From NCBI GenBank assembly GCA_965201075.1, contig CBDAVP010000004.1, forward strand, positions 62,001 to 126,000: a DNA stretch of 64,000 nt. Reading direction: 5' to 3'. The notes beneath the pieces were generated by a model. The model made no database searches. It saw nothing but the letters and a program-made list of their open reading frames with translations, and was not told the DNA's origin. Within the stretch, counting starts at the first letter, position 1, and each line of letters opens with the position of its first letter. This document shows, piece by piece, positions 46,198 to 55,918 of this stretch. Both the position numbers and the translations under genes were made by a program. The DNA comes from Isosphaeraceae bacterium. GTDB lineage: Bacteria; Planctomycetota; Planctomycetia; Isosphaerales; Isosphaeraceae.

Positions 46198-49100
46198 TTA
46201 CCACCCCAGGTAGTAGGTCAGGCCGGGCGGGTCGCGGACGAATCCCAGGTCGGTCAGCCAAGGGGCGGCCGGACTGGCCAGGGCCGGGGCCGTGTTGTAG
46301 GTCTCGACCTTGAGGACCCGTCGCGACGGATTGGCCAGCGAAGGGAGTAACGCCAGGGCCGACCGCAACTCGGCCTCCGAAGCCGAGGCGAGACCGGTCA
46401 GGCGGCGCCCGTGGGCCTCGACGATCAACACCGGACGCCCGGCGATCAACACCAGGGAGTTCCCCCCGGCCCTCGACAGCCGGGCCGTCCCCCCTTCCAG
46501 CAGCGGAACATCCAGCGGCGCGCCCGAGCCATAAAGGTTGGCGGGATCAAGAGTCGCGAGCAACGACGGTGATGTCGCCTCCCCCCCACCACCCGCCCTG
46601 ACGCTGGCGAGCCGGGCCAGCTCCGCGGCCGATTCGTCGGTGGCATACTGAACCCCCGAAAGCCCCTCCACGAAAAACCCTCGTCGCAACTCGCCGCGAA
46701 GCTCGCCCCGGGCCAGCCAAGGGGCAAGATCCCGCCAGGGGGGCGCCCACGGGTCCAGGTCGGCGACCTCTCGGGTCAACACGCCGTAGCGATCCAGCAG
46801 GGCCGACGCCCACGCCAAAGCCGACGCCTCGGGGTCGGACCCGCCGGCCGGGACCAGCGACCACCGCCCCTCGGGTCTCACGGTGGCCGGGCGGCGAAAC
46901 GACCCCAGGCGAGGCCGTCCCCCTCCCCCGGCCGCCGTCGCCCTGGCGACCCCCAGCGCGACAGCGCCTCCGGGCCTCACGGGGTCGAGCCGATCATTGG
47001 TCGCCAGCCCTTGGCGGGTCAGGTCCGTCAAAACCACGCGGACTCGCGAAGGTTCCAGTCCGGCGCTCTGGGCAATCTGGTCGGCAAACAGGGCACCCCC
47101 CCGACCCAGGACTTCCCGGACCTTGGTTTCGACCACATTTGGCTCATCCGAAGCCACTTTCGGCTCCGAATGCACCTCCAAAACGGGCCAGGCGCCGGCG
47201 AAATCTCGGGCAACGATCGCCAGTCGAGGTTCCGCCCCCGTCCCCTCGGCCCTCCACGTCCAACCTCCCGCGGCCATCTCGTCATCCAGCCAAGAGGCCG
47301 AGGCGTCGCGGACCCGACGCGGCAAAATCTCGTCCCCCCACGCTTCGGCGGTCGTCGAGTACCCCTGCAACTGGCCCAGAATCAGACCCACCGCGGCGCG
47401 CCCCTCCAGGCGAGTGTCAGGATGAACGTGCTGGCGGCGGGCCACGAAGTCGGCGAACGTCTCGGGGGCAACCGCCACGCTCTCACGTCTACGCAGAGCG
47501 ATCGATAACCGCTGAACCTCCTGCAAGTTGCGCCGATCGGCCCAACGGGGCCCCTCGTCCCCCTCGACCCTCGCCAGCCCTCCCTCCTCGGCCCAGCGTT
47601 CGAGAATCTCGGTCGCTCGAACGCGGTCGATTGGGTAGCGGCCGGCCAGGTCATCCAGGCCAACCAACGCCCGAGTCCCAAGGTAACGGCGGATGATGAC
47701 CGCATCGGCCGCCTCGGCCCCACCGTCGAGCGGCCGGCCCTCGGGAAAGGCATCGCGGTAAAGGTCCGCCTCCTCGACGCCAATCCAGCGAGCTGGCTCG
47801 TCCACCCCGGGTAGGTCCACCCGGATCGCCCGCCCTTGCGATTGCAACTCGTTGAGGAACCCCAACATCGGGCCGTTGAGGTCCGAGTCGGCGAGGTCTC
47901 CCAACCGACGAAGCCACTCGGCCATCTCGTCAACCGTGCGGGGCGGGTGGCCAACGCCCCGAAGACGGGCCTCGACCCGTCCGACCGCGTCGGGGTCAAT
48001 CCAGCGGGCGGCGACTTCGGGGTCGAGCAGTTCCGCCAGCAAGTCGCCGCCGGGCATCGGTGCGCGCCGGGAGTCGCCCCTGGGCTGATCCCACTCGTAG
48101 ACAAACGCCCCGGTGAACCGGAACACCAAGGACGCGGCGAATGGCGAGGGGACGTCGGCTCGGCGACTCACTACCCGGATCGACCCATCGGCGATGGCTT
48201 GAAGGAACGACCGGAGTCGGGGCAGGTCGAGGTCGTCCTCCAGGCATTCGCGGTAGGTCTCGACCACGATCGGAAAATCGGGCAAGCGGCGCACGACCTG
48301 GAGCAGGTCCTTGGCACGCAACCTCTGAATCCACAACGGGGTACGCTTGCCGGGGTCGGGTCGGGGCAAGAGCAGGGCGCGGCCGGCGTTTTGACGGAAC
48401 CGGAGTCCGAACAGGGCGCTCTCGCCAAGTTCCTCACGGATCAAGGTCTCGGCGATCTCGGGGGTCAGGCCAGCAAAAACGTCCAGGGGCGGCCCATCGG
48501 AGCCCGGCAACCGGATCAACACCCCGTCGTCGGCATGGAGGCTGGCGACCTCAATCCCCAAGCGGTGGCGGAGCCGTGCGTTCAGCGCGAGTTTGAGGGC
48601 CAGATGAAGCTTGCCGCCAAAGGGGGTCAGCACCGCCAGGTTGGTTTCCCCCGCCTGGTCCTTCGAGGCTTCGACCACCACGGTCCGATCATCGGGGGCA
48701 GCGCCGGCGATGCGGACCTGCCTCCCGACGTAGCTCAACAACCCCCGGGCGGCCTGGGCGTCGACTTTGTACCGATCGGACAGCCAGGAGGCGGCATCGG
48801 GGTCGTTCAAACGGTCGGCGATCTCGCGAGTCAGAACTCCAACGGCCTCACCGAGTTCGGCGGTTCGGGCGGCGGCCTCGCCGCGCCAGAACGGCATGAC
48901 CGCCGGCTGCCCCTGCGCCGGGGCAACGAGGATCCGGTGAGGCTCGATGGTCGTGATCGCCCAGGTCGCCGTGCCCAGCAGGAACGCCTCGCCGACCCGG
49001 CGCTCGAAGACAAATTCCTCGTCGAGTTCGCCCAGACGAGGGCCGCCGTCGCCCAGGTAGACGGGGAACTGTCCGGTGTCGGGAATCGTGCCGCCGCCGG

Positions 49101-50628
49101 ACAACGCCAGAAGCGAAGTCCCCGGCAAGGGCCGCAAGGTGTTGTGGACGCGGTCCCAACTGACCCGGGGGCGAAGGTCTCGGGTCGTCTCGGCGGCGAA
49201 CCGGCCCGAAACCATCTCCAGCACCGCCTCGAAAACCGAGGCCGGGAGGTCCCGATAAGGGTAAGCCCCGCGCACCAGGTCGAACAGTTTGGGGACTTCC
49301 CAAGGCTCGACGGCAACACACGCCACGACCTGTTGGGCCAGGACATCCAGGGGAGCGCGGGGGACCTTGAGGGCTTCGACCTCGCCACGGAGCATCGCCC
49401 CGGCCAGAGCCGCGGCCTCCAGGGCGTCGCCGGGGGTCTTGGCGATCAAACGTCCTGAACTCGCCGCGCCAACCGCGTGGCCGGCCCGACCGACCCGCTG
49501 AAGCCCCCGAGCCACCCCCCCGGGCGATTCGACCTGGCAAACCAGGTCGACGGCGCCCATGTCGATCCCCAGCTCCAATGAAGCCGTCGCCACCACCGCC
49601 GGCAGATCGCCCCGCTTCAGTGCCTCTTCGGTCTCGTGGCGTTGCTCCAAGCTGAGGCTGCCGTGATGCGATTTCGCCACCAGACGGGGGGTTTCCCCCT
49701 CGGGGGTCTCGTCCTCAACCAGTTCGTTGAGGTGACTCGTCAGTCGCTCGACGACCCGACGGTTGTTGGCAAAGACAATCGTCGAGCGATGCTCGGAAAT
49801 CAGGCTCAGGAGCCTACGCTCGACTGCCGGCCACACCGAGGCGCCGGGTGCATCCGGGGCAGGCAAACTGACCTGAAGGTCCAGGTCTTTCCGACGCCCC
49901 CCGTCGACAATCGTCACCGGCCGAGGCTCGAACCGGGTCCGTCCCCCCTTCCCCTTCCGTCCACGAAAGCCGCCCAGGTAACGGGCGACTTCTTCCAATG
50001 GTCGCTGCGTCGCCGACAGCCCGACCCGGACAAACTCCGAGGGTTGCAGCGACTGGAGCCGTTCGAGCAACAACGCGAGGAACGCCCCCCGCTTGTTGGG
50101 GCAAAGGGCGTGAATCTCGTCAACAATGACGTGCGTGACGGATCGCAGAGTCTCTCGTGCCCGACTTGTGAGCATCAAGTGCAACGATTCAGGCGTCGTG
50201 ATGAGGATGTCAGGCGGTTTGCGAATCATCCGCTGACGATCGGCCGAGGGGGTGTCGCCCGTTCGGACGGCGACCGCCAGCGAGTTGAGCGGCGTGCCGA
50301 GGCTGGTGGCGGCCTCCTGAATCCCGGCGAGCGGGACCAGGAGATTCCGGTAGACGTCGTGGTTAAGGGCTTTGAGGGGGGAAATGTAGAGGATGCGAAC
50401 GCCCCGCGCGGGCCGGGGGTTTCGCCAAAGGTGGTCGAGTCCAGCGAGAAAGGCCGCGAGCGTTTTGCCTGAGCCGGTGGGGGCGACGATCAGGGCGTGC
50501 CGGCCCGAGGCAATCGCTGGCCATCCCAGACGTTGCGGCGGGGTCGGCTCTCCAAACCGGGCGCGGAACCAGGCCGAGACCGGCGGAAGGAAGCCGTCCA
50601 GGGCTTCGGGTTCGGCGACGGTCGGCAT
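46198..50628 (-). CDS. lhr: Lhr-family DEAD/DEAH-box helicase
   Basis: APTGSGKT, ISPLKAL, DEIH, SAT, HHGSLS, SLELGID, QRVGRAGH, GGTIPD, ELDEEF, DPANLYG. Confidence 0.93.
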   Translation of the reverse strand: MPTVAEPEALDGFLPPVSAWFRARFGEPTPPQRLGWPAIASGRHALIVAPTGSGKTLAAFLAGLDHLWRNPRPARGVRILYISPLKALNHDVYRNLLVPLAGIQEAATSLGTPLNSLAVAVRTGDTPSADRQRMIRKPPDILITTPESLHLMLTSRARETLRSVTHVIVDEIHALCPNKRGAFLALLLERLQSLQPSEFVRVGLSATQRPLEEVARYLGGFRGRKGKGGRTRFEPRPVTIVDGGRRKDLDLQVSLPAPDAPGASVWPAVERRLLSLISEHRSTIVFANNRRVVERLTSHLNELVEDETPEGETPRLVAKSHHGSLSLEQRHETEEALKRGDLPAVVATASLELGIDMGAVDLVCQVESPGGVARGLQRVGRAGHAVGAASSGRLIAKTPGDALEAAALAGAMLRGEVEALKVPRAPLDVLAQQVVACVAVEPWEVPKLFDLVRGAYPYRDLPASVFEAVLEMVSGRFAAETTRDLRPRVSWDRVHNTLRPLPGTSLLALSGGGTIPDTGQFPVYLGDGGPRLGELDEEFVFERRVGEAFLLGTATWAITTIEPHRILVAPAQGQPAVMPFWRGEAAARTAELGEAVGVLTREIADRLNDPDAASWLSDRYKVDAQAARGLLSYVGRQVRIAGAAPDDRTVVVEASKDQAGETNLAVLTPFGGKLHLALKLALNARLRHRLGIEVASLHADDGVLIRLPGSDGPPLDVFAGLTPEIAETLIREELGESALFGLRFRQNAGRALLLPRPDPGKRTPLWIQRLRAKDLLQVVRRLPDFPIVVETYRECLEDDLDLPRLRSFLQAIADGSIRVVSRRADVPSPFAASLVFRFTGAFVYEWDQPRGDSRRAPMPGGDLLAELLDPEVAARWIDPDAVGRVEARLRGVGHPPRTVDEMAEWLRRLGDLADSDLNGPMLGFLNELQSQGRAIRVDLPGVDEPARWIGVEEADLYRDAFPEGRPLDGGAEAADAVIIRRYLGTRALVGLDDLAGRYPIDRVRATEILERWAEEGGLARVEGDEGPRWADRRNLQEVQRLSIALRRRESVAVAPETFADFVARRQHVHPDTRLEGRAAVGLILGQLQGYSTTAEAWGDEILPRRVRDASASWLDDEMAAGGWTWRAEGTGAEPRLAIVARDFAGAWPVLEVHSEPKVASDEPNVVETKVREVLGRGGALFADQIAQSAGLEPSRVRVVLTDLTRQGLATNDRLDPVRPGGAVALGVARATAAGGGGRPRLGSFRRPATVRPEGRWSLVPAGGSDPEASALAWASALLDRYGVLTREVADLDPWAPPWRDLAPWLARGELRGELRRGFFVEGLSGVQYATDESAAELARLASVRAGGGGEATSPSLLATLDPANLYGSGAPLDVPLLEGGTARLSRAGGNSLVLIAGRPVLIVEAHGRRLTGLASASEAELRSALALLPSLANPSRRVLKVETYNTAPALASPAAPWLTDLGFVRDPPGLTYYLGW

Positions 50629-50721
50629 CGGGTCGGGGTAACTCCGGGGTGCGAATCAGGACGGATTCGCCCCGATTGTGGCCCCCGACACGCCGGCCGG
50701 CAACTCCCGCTCGTTGACCGT

Positions 50722-50961
50722 TCAGTCGCCCTTGGTCAGAGCGTGGTCGATCAGCGTCCGCAAGAACTGGCCGACACTCTGCTGTCGCTGATGGGCCAGC
50801 ACCACCAACGCCTCCGCCCGATTCGCGGGCAGCAGCAGGCCAAGTTCGACGACCTCGTCACGGCGGACGGTGCGGGACGGCATGGCGTCATAGCCAAGCT
50901 TCGGGGCCATTGGTCGGGTTCCCATGGCAAAAGGTCCGACAAACCGGTGTCGGGAGGGCAT
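50722..50961 (-). CDS. Small hypothetical protein, possible ribbon-helix-helix (start uncertain)
   Basis: VVELGLLLP..AEALVVLA..QSVGQFLRTLI. Confidence 0.55.
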   Translation of the reverse strand: MPSRHRFVGPFAMGTRPMAPKLGYDAMPSRTVRRDEVVELGLLLPANRAEALVVLAHQRQQSVGQFLRTLIDHALTKGD

Positions 50962-50998
50962 GGAACCCTGTGCAAATGCCGGACCATTGGAAAATGGG

Positions 50999-52234
50999 TT
51001 AGAGGCGTAGACTGAGCAAGAGCAGGATCAGACAAATCAAAAGGCCCAGGAGGAGGGCCCAGGGGGTCGTGAATGAGTTTCGGCCTCGTCCGCCGCGGCG
51101 TGGCTTGCGGGGGCCGAGGGGGACGGGCGAGGGTTCGGCCGGTTCGGGCTCATCGTCCCCGTCGTCGAGGGCCGAAAACGGGTTGTCGGGGGGGGTTGGG
51201 GCGGGCGGAGCTGAGGGGATGGCCTCGGGGTTGGCCCAGCGGGTGAGCTCTTGCCTGGCGGCGCGGGCGGAAGGGGGTCGGTCGGCGCGATCCTTGGACA
51301 TCCAGCGACGGACCAGGGCGGAGAGGGCGGGTGGAACGCCGGGGTTGGCGTGGTCCAGGGGTTCGGCGGTCTCGAAGCGGTGTTTGTAAATTTTGTTGAC
51401 GAGGTCGCCCCCCTCGAACGGCGGGCGGCCGGCCAGGGCGAAGTAAAGGGCGCAGCCAAGGGAGTACAGATCGCTACGCTGGTCGGCCTCGGAAGGGGCG
51501 TCGATCTGCTCGGGGCTGATGTAATCAAGGGTACCGACGACGGTCCCCTCGGGCCGGTAGATGCTTTGCTCTCCCATGGCGTGGGCCAGGCCAAGGTCGA
51601 GGATCTTGGCCTCGCCATCGGGGGTGAGCATCAAGTTCGTCGGCTTGAGGTCTCGGTGGATCAGGCCGGCAGCATGGGCGGCGTCAAGGCCGTCAAGGAC
51701 TGTGAGGAAGAAGCGGGCGGCGTCGGCGACGGCCAGGGTGCCTCGGGTCTTGATGAGGTCGTAGAGGCTGTGACCGGGGACAAACTCCATGACCATGTAG
51801 TTGACGTCGTCCTCGGTGCCGACGGCCAGGGTCCGGGCGACGTTGGGATGGCGGATACGCCGGGACAGTTCCATCTCACGCTGGAAGCGTTCCAGGGCAT
51901 GAGCTTCCTGGGCGGCGCGGCCGGGGGGGAGGACCTTGATGGCGACCTGTCGGCCGTCGGGGGAGTGGGCCAGGAACACACGGCCGGCTCCGCCTTCGCC
52001 CAGGGGCTTCAAGACTCGGCAGCCGCCGAGGAAGAAGCCTCGGGTAATCCCGCCAAGGACCTTGCGGGCCTGGTAAGCCGTGAGGGCTCCGGAGGCGATC
52101 AGGGCCTGGGCCAACCTTGCGGCAGGTTCGCCCCCCCCGGCCGGCGGAAGGGCCTCGACGGCGTGGTCGATCTCGGGAGCGGTGAGCAGACCGCTACGGG
52201 CGAGGTTGCTGGTGAACTCGTCGAGGCTGGGCAT
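50999..52234 (-). CDS. Ser/Thr protein kinase with C-terminal TM anchor
   Basis: GEGGAG, VAIK, HRDLKPTN, DLG, GTLDYISPEQ; WALLLGLLICLILLLL. Confidence 0.92.
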   Translation of the reverse strand: MPSLDEFTSNLARSGLLTAPEIDHAVEALPPAGGGEPAARLAQALIASGALTAYQARKVLGGITRGFFLGGCRVLKPLGEGGAGRVFLAHSPDGRQVAIKVLPPGRAAQEAHALERFQREMELSRRIRHPNVARTLAVGTEDDVNYMVMEFVPGHSLYDLIKTRGTLAVADAARFFLTVLDGLDAAHAAGLIHRDLKPTNLMLTPDGEAKILDLGLAHAMGEQSIYRPEGTVVGTLDYISPEQIDAPSEADQRSDLYSLGCALYFALAGRPPFEGGDLVNKIYKHRFETAEPLDHANPGVPPALSALVRRWMSKDRADRPPSARAARQELTRWANPEAIPSAPPAPTPPDNPFSALDDGDDEPEPAEPSPVPLGPRKPRRGGRGRNSFTTPWALLLGLLICLILLLLSLRL

Positions 52235-52298
52235 GGCAGGAAGAAAATCCGGGGCTCGGGGCGTTCGCCTCGGAGTCGACCGGGACGGCCGGCTCAGC

Positions 52299-53309
52299 TC
52301 AGGAGGGCCGGTCGACATGGATGACCAGGCAGGTGACATTGTCCTTGGACAGGTTCGCAAGGGCGCGGTCGACCAGTATGGCGGCGGCGGCCTGCGGGTC
52401 GGGCTCGGAGGCCAGAAGCGTGGCGATCTCGTCGTCCTTGACCACGCCGGTCAGTCCGTCGGAGGCCAGCAGGAAACGGTCTCCGGGACGAAGCTCCAGG
52501 ACGCGGACCTGCTCGGGGCCGTCTCGGGCGTCTCGGCTGCCCAGGTAGTTGTAGAGAACGTGGTTGAACTTGTGGGTCTCAACGTCCTCGGGCTTGATCG
52601 TCCCGGCTTCTTGCAAGGCGCGGGCCAGGGAGTGATCACGGGTGAGTTGTTCGAGGCGGCCGTCGCGCAGTCGGTAGCCCCGGGAGTCACCAATGCCCGC
52701 GACGAAGGCATTGGAGCCTCGGAAAAAGGCCAGGACCACGGTGGTTCCCATGTGCTGGGTCTCGGCGTCGAGCGTCGAGAGGGCCAGGATCTGCTCATTG
52801 GCGGCGGCGACGGATTTGCGCAGGCCGGCGGTGACGGCGGCCTCGTCCTCGACGGCCGGGGCCAGTCGGTGGGAGACTTCTCGGGGAATCAACTCCACGG
52901 CCATGAGACTGGCCTTTTCGCCGGCCTGCTGGCCCCCCATGCCGTCAGCTACCACGAACAGCCCAGCCAGGCCCGGCGGGGGGGTCAACACCACTGTCGA
53001 GCCGTCGCGATCAACTGACCCTACGCCGGGGTCGCCGTTTTTGGCGATGGCGGCGGCATTGATCGAGGGACGGCCGGGGACGAAGTAGTTGTCCTCGTTG
53101 ATTTCTCGGTGGTTGCCGGTGGTCGACTCAACACCGTAAGTCAGCCGCAGGGTTCCCGAGGCGGCCGGGACCTCAGTGGAGTCGGACCGTCGACGCTGGG
53201 CCGAGCCCCCAGAGGCGGGCGCGCGTCGGGGGGACGGGGCCGCCGAGGGCCCTTGGGGTTCCCAGAGGGATCGCAGCCAGGAAAACCAAGCCACCGGAAG
53301 GAACCTCAT
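52299..53309 (-). CDS. PP2C-family Ser/Thr phosphatase
   Basis: GNHREINED, VADGMGG, MGTT, IGDSR, TRDHS, LASDGL, DNVT. Confidence 0.93.
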   Translation of the reverse strand: MRFLPVAWFSWLRSLWEPQGPSAAPSPRRAPASGGSAQRRRSDSTEVPAASGTLRLTYGVESTTGNHREINEDNYFVPGRPSINAAAIAKNGDPGVGSVDRDGSTVVLTPPPGLAGLFVVADGMGGQQAGEKASLMAVELIPREVSHRLAPAVEDEAAVTAGLRKSVAAANEQILALSTLDAETQHMGTTVVLAFFRGSNAFVAGIGDSRGYRLRDGRLEQLTRDHSLARALQEAGTIKPEDVETHKFNHVLYNYLGSRDARDGPEQVRVLELRPGDRFLLASDGLTGVVKDDEIATLLASEPDPQAAAAILVDRALANLSKDNVTCLVIHVDRPS

Positions 53310-53450
53310 GGCGGGGGATATGGCGTCGTGACGCCCTTCCCTTATCTTCGGCGCTGGCGGCCGGACTTTCCACACACTTCCGATTTTCCCGCCGGGCGCC
53401 GGCGGGACTGGCCCAGGTCTCCAGGTCGTGCAGGCCCACCGTCAGAATTG

Positions 53451-53496
53451 GGGCCGGGTCGACTCGGGGGAGCGCTCCCCCGAGTCGACCCGGCCC
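53451..53496. repeat. 46-bp perfect palindrome without spacer
   Basis: gggccgggtcgactcgggggagc|gctcccccgagtcgacccggccc. Confidence 0.95.
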
Positions 53497-53574
53497 AATA
53501 GTGTTCACCAATAGAGTGTTCTGGCCGGCTGTTAACGAGATCGTATCGTTCCGATACTATATTCCCTATAGAGA

Positions 53575-53946
53575 TTGAATGGAGGCGGGGGCCCGGCGGA
53601 TTGGGAGGTCGACCTCGACGCTGAATGCAAAGCCTGGTTTAACGGGCTGGACATCGGCATCCGGAGGTCGATCTTGGCCAGGTTAGTCCTCCTGCGCCGG
53701 TTCGGCCCGCAACTGGGCCGTCCCCATGTTGATAAGGTCGAGGGCTCGGCGCACTCGAACATGAAAGAGCTTCGGGTCCAACACAAGGGGCGGCCCTGGC
53801 GAGTCCTGTTTGCCTTCGACCCGGACCGCCAAGCGATCCTCCTGGTTGGAGGGGACAAGGGCGGCGTCAAGCGTTGGTACAAAATCAACGTCCCGATCGC
53901 CGACGCCCGATACATGGCCCACCTCGAGACGTTGGGGGAGGAATGA
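53575..53946 (+). CDS. Type II TA toxin, RelE/HigB (Gp49-like) family
   Basis: GPQLGRPHVD..GS.HSNMKELRV..WRVLFAFDPDRQAILLVGGDK; start uncertain. Confidence 0.9.
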   Translation: MNGGGGPADWEVDLDAECKAWFNGLDIGIRRSILARLVLLRRFGPQLGRPHVDKVEGSAHSNMKELRVQHKGRPWRVLFAFDPDRQAILLVGGDKGGVKRWYKINVPIADARYMAHLETLGEE

Positions 53947-54299
53947 TGGCCAAGGCAAGGCGGCTCACCAGCCTCGAAGACATGCTCGCGGAATTGTCCT
54001 CCGAAGACCGGGCGATGGTCGAGGCGGAGGGGGCCCGACTGATCGAGCGGGAGTTGACCCTGCGCCAGATCCGGGAGGGGCTCGGGATTAGCCAGACTCA
54101 GTTAGCGGACAGGATGGGGGTCCAGCAGGCGGCCGTCTCCAAGGCGGAACGGCGGGCCGGGGGGATCTCCATCCAGATGCTCGCCCGCCAGGTCCGGGCG
54201 ATGGGCGGGCGTGTCTCCGTCTACGTCGAGGTCCCCGGCCGGTCTCCGGTCCGCATCAGGATCCCCGACCCCAAAGCAAAGCACGAGGTCGAGCGATAA
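53943..54299 (+). CDS. XRE-family HTH antitoxin (HigA-like)
   Basis: LRQIREGLGISQTQLADRMGVQQAAVSKAE..AMGG; overlaps toxin stop. Confidence 0.9.
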   Translation: MMAKARRLTSLEDMLAELSSEDRAMVEAEGARLIERELTLRQIREGLGISQTQLADRMGVQQAAVSKAERRAGGISIQMLARQVRAMGGRVSVYVEVPGRSPVRIRIPDPKAKHEVER

Positions 54300-54376
54300 G
54301 GCTGTGCTCCCCACCGGGGTAGGGCAATATGAAGGGCGAGGGGCGGGGTCGACTGGTCTTCGGCGGCGTTGTACTC

Positions 54377-54484
54377 GGGGTGCGAATCCTCGTCTGACCC
54401 CTTGTGGTCCACATCTGATGCACGGCAGGGGGGGTGCGAATCCTCGTCTGACCCCTTGTGGCCTACATCTGATGCACGGCAGGG
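54377..54484 (+). repeat. 54-bp tandem duplication (REP-like motif + IS terminal repeat)
   Basis: 54377-54430 and 54431-54484 differ at 2 positions (GTCC vs GCCT). Confidence 0.95.
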
Positions 54485-55271
54485 AGTGTCAGCCATTCCG
54501 AGAGTGACCAGACGTGATCGGCAAGGCCCGCCGCCATCGCCGGGGTCCGACTCTGCCAGGTCCCGGACTCGGACTTGACCCGTAGCGTCCGCACCGCCCA
54601 GCAGAAGTTGTAGCCGAACATCGTGAAGGACGTGACCGCCTTGTGAGTCGACCAGTCCTTTGAGAACGCATGGCTCTTGCGGGCCTTCCGGCGTTGCGGT
54701 TGCGGTCGGTCCCGTTCGGACGCTCCACGAATGACGTGTTCACCGCACGGCTCGACGCCGAATTGGACAGGGCCGCCGCCACGGAGTCTGCTGTCCCGAA
54801 GATGATCGGTTGCTGCACCTTCACCACCCGCTCCTTGCTGCGGGTCTTGTGGACCGTCGCATAGATCAGCCCGACGGGCGGGACCTGGTATGCCTTGCGG
54901 GGCTGGCCACGCTTGCCCGAGCGGGGCGGCGTGAACGGCTCGCCATAGGCCCGCAGGATCGCCCCGCGGTACGGGCCGTACTCGTCGGTGGTGATCAGGA
55001 CCATCAGCCGCCCACCCGTCCGACGCCGGAAATCCTGCACCAGGGCCTCGGTGTTCTCGGCTGTCCGCTTGCCGGCGATCACGCTGACGACCAGGCGATG
55101 ATCGGGGTCCAACGCCACGTGGTCCCAGTGGTCCCTCTTGCGGGCGTCGGCCGGGTCGTCGGGGTCGCAGCGGGCCTCCTTCTTGGCGACGAAGGCCCAC
55201 TTCTCATCGAACTGGACCTCTCGGGTCCGGGGGGGAAAGGGCGACCAACTCGTCGTGCAGGCCCGCCGCAT
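54463..55271 (-). pseudogene. IS transposase catalytic part (InsB-like), frameshifted near 54690
   Basis: VQFDEKWAFV, ITTDEY, NTSFVER in one frame; RKARKSHAFSK..YNFCW..RTPAMAAGLADHVWS in another. Confidence 0.8.
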
Positions 55272-55581
55272 GGCCGCCGGCCTTCTTGCCGTATCGGGCG
55301 ACGGTCCCCCGATTCACGCCCACCAGGCGGCCGGTCTTGCGGACGCCGTTGCCCTCGGCGATGTGGTGGAGCACCGAGACGGCCTTCTCCCGGGTCAGGC
55401 GGGCGCCAAAGAGCGGAGTGCCCTTGCGCTCGGAGAATCGGGCCTTGCAGGCCCGGCAGCGGAGCATGCGCTTGGCCTTATCGGGGCCATAGCGGAGGGT
55501 CACGGCGAGGTTTCCGGCCCCCCGCTTGCCGTACTCGGGGCAGTCGGAATTCAGGCAGCAGAAGCGAGAGAGGTCGTCCAT
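55204..55581 (-). CDS. IS transposase N-terminal part (InsA-like Zn-finger + HTH)
   Basis: CLNSDC..CRAC..FSERKGTPLF..EGNGVRKTGRLVGVNRGTV; candidate slippery CTTTCCCCCCC in the ORF overlap. Confidence 0.82.
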   Translation of the reverse strand: MDDLSRFCCLNSDCPEYGKRGAGNLAVTLRYGPDKAKRMLRCRACKARFSERKGTPLFGARLTREKAVSVLHHIAEGNGVRKTGRLVGVNRGTVARYGKKAGGHAAGLHDELVALSPPDPRGPVR

Positions 55582-55918
55582 GGTGAGGGCTCGACGACGG
55601 GATTTGCCAACGGATCAGCAGTTGCGTACCCCGGGCCTTCATTCCGTAACGGCCAAAGGCGTGCAACAGGTCCAGGCCACTAGGAAATTCCCTTCATTGC
55701 AAGGATATTCCCAACGAGGGTCGAGGCGCCTGCCTTGAGGGCGGGGATTCTGCAGAATCGATTTGCCCGGCGAGTTCGTATTGTCTACGATGGGTGGTGA
55801 GACGTGGCGTCAGGGTCTTGCCCCATCGCGACTCTCCCGGCCAGAATTGACGGGTTGTCCCTGCCGAAACTCCGTGCTCTCCTGGGCTCGCGCCCCCATC
55901 CTTGTAGGGAGTCCTGGC

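Larger units (their letters stand above)
54458..55680 (-). mobile_element. IS1-family-like insertion sequence (~1.2 kb)
   Basis: Imperfect terminal IRs gtggcctacatctgatgcacg (54458-54478) and gtggcctggacctgttgcacg (rc of 55660-55680), 17/21; two overlapping transposase ORFs inside. Confidence 0.85.

Noticed and set aside
50645..50673. Hairpin sharing GGGGTGCGAATC with the 54377 motif
   Set aside because: 12-13 nt match only and it lacks TGACCCCTT; cannot be separated from chance without genome-wide counts
50999..53309. PP2C-kinase pair and the density of Ser/Thr kinases
   Set aside because: Common arrangement and typical of this phylum
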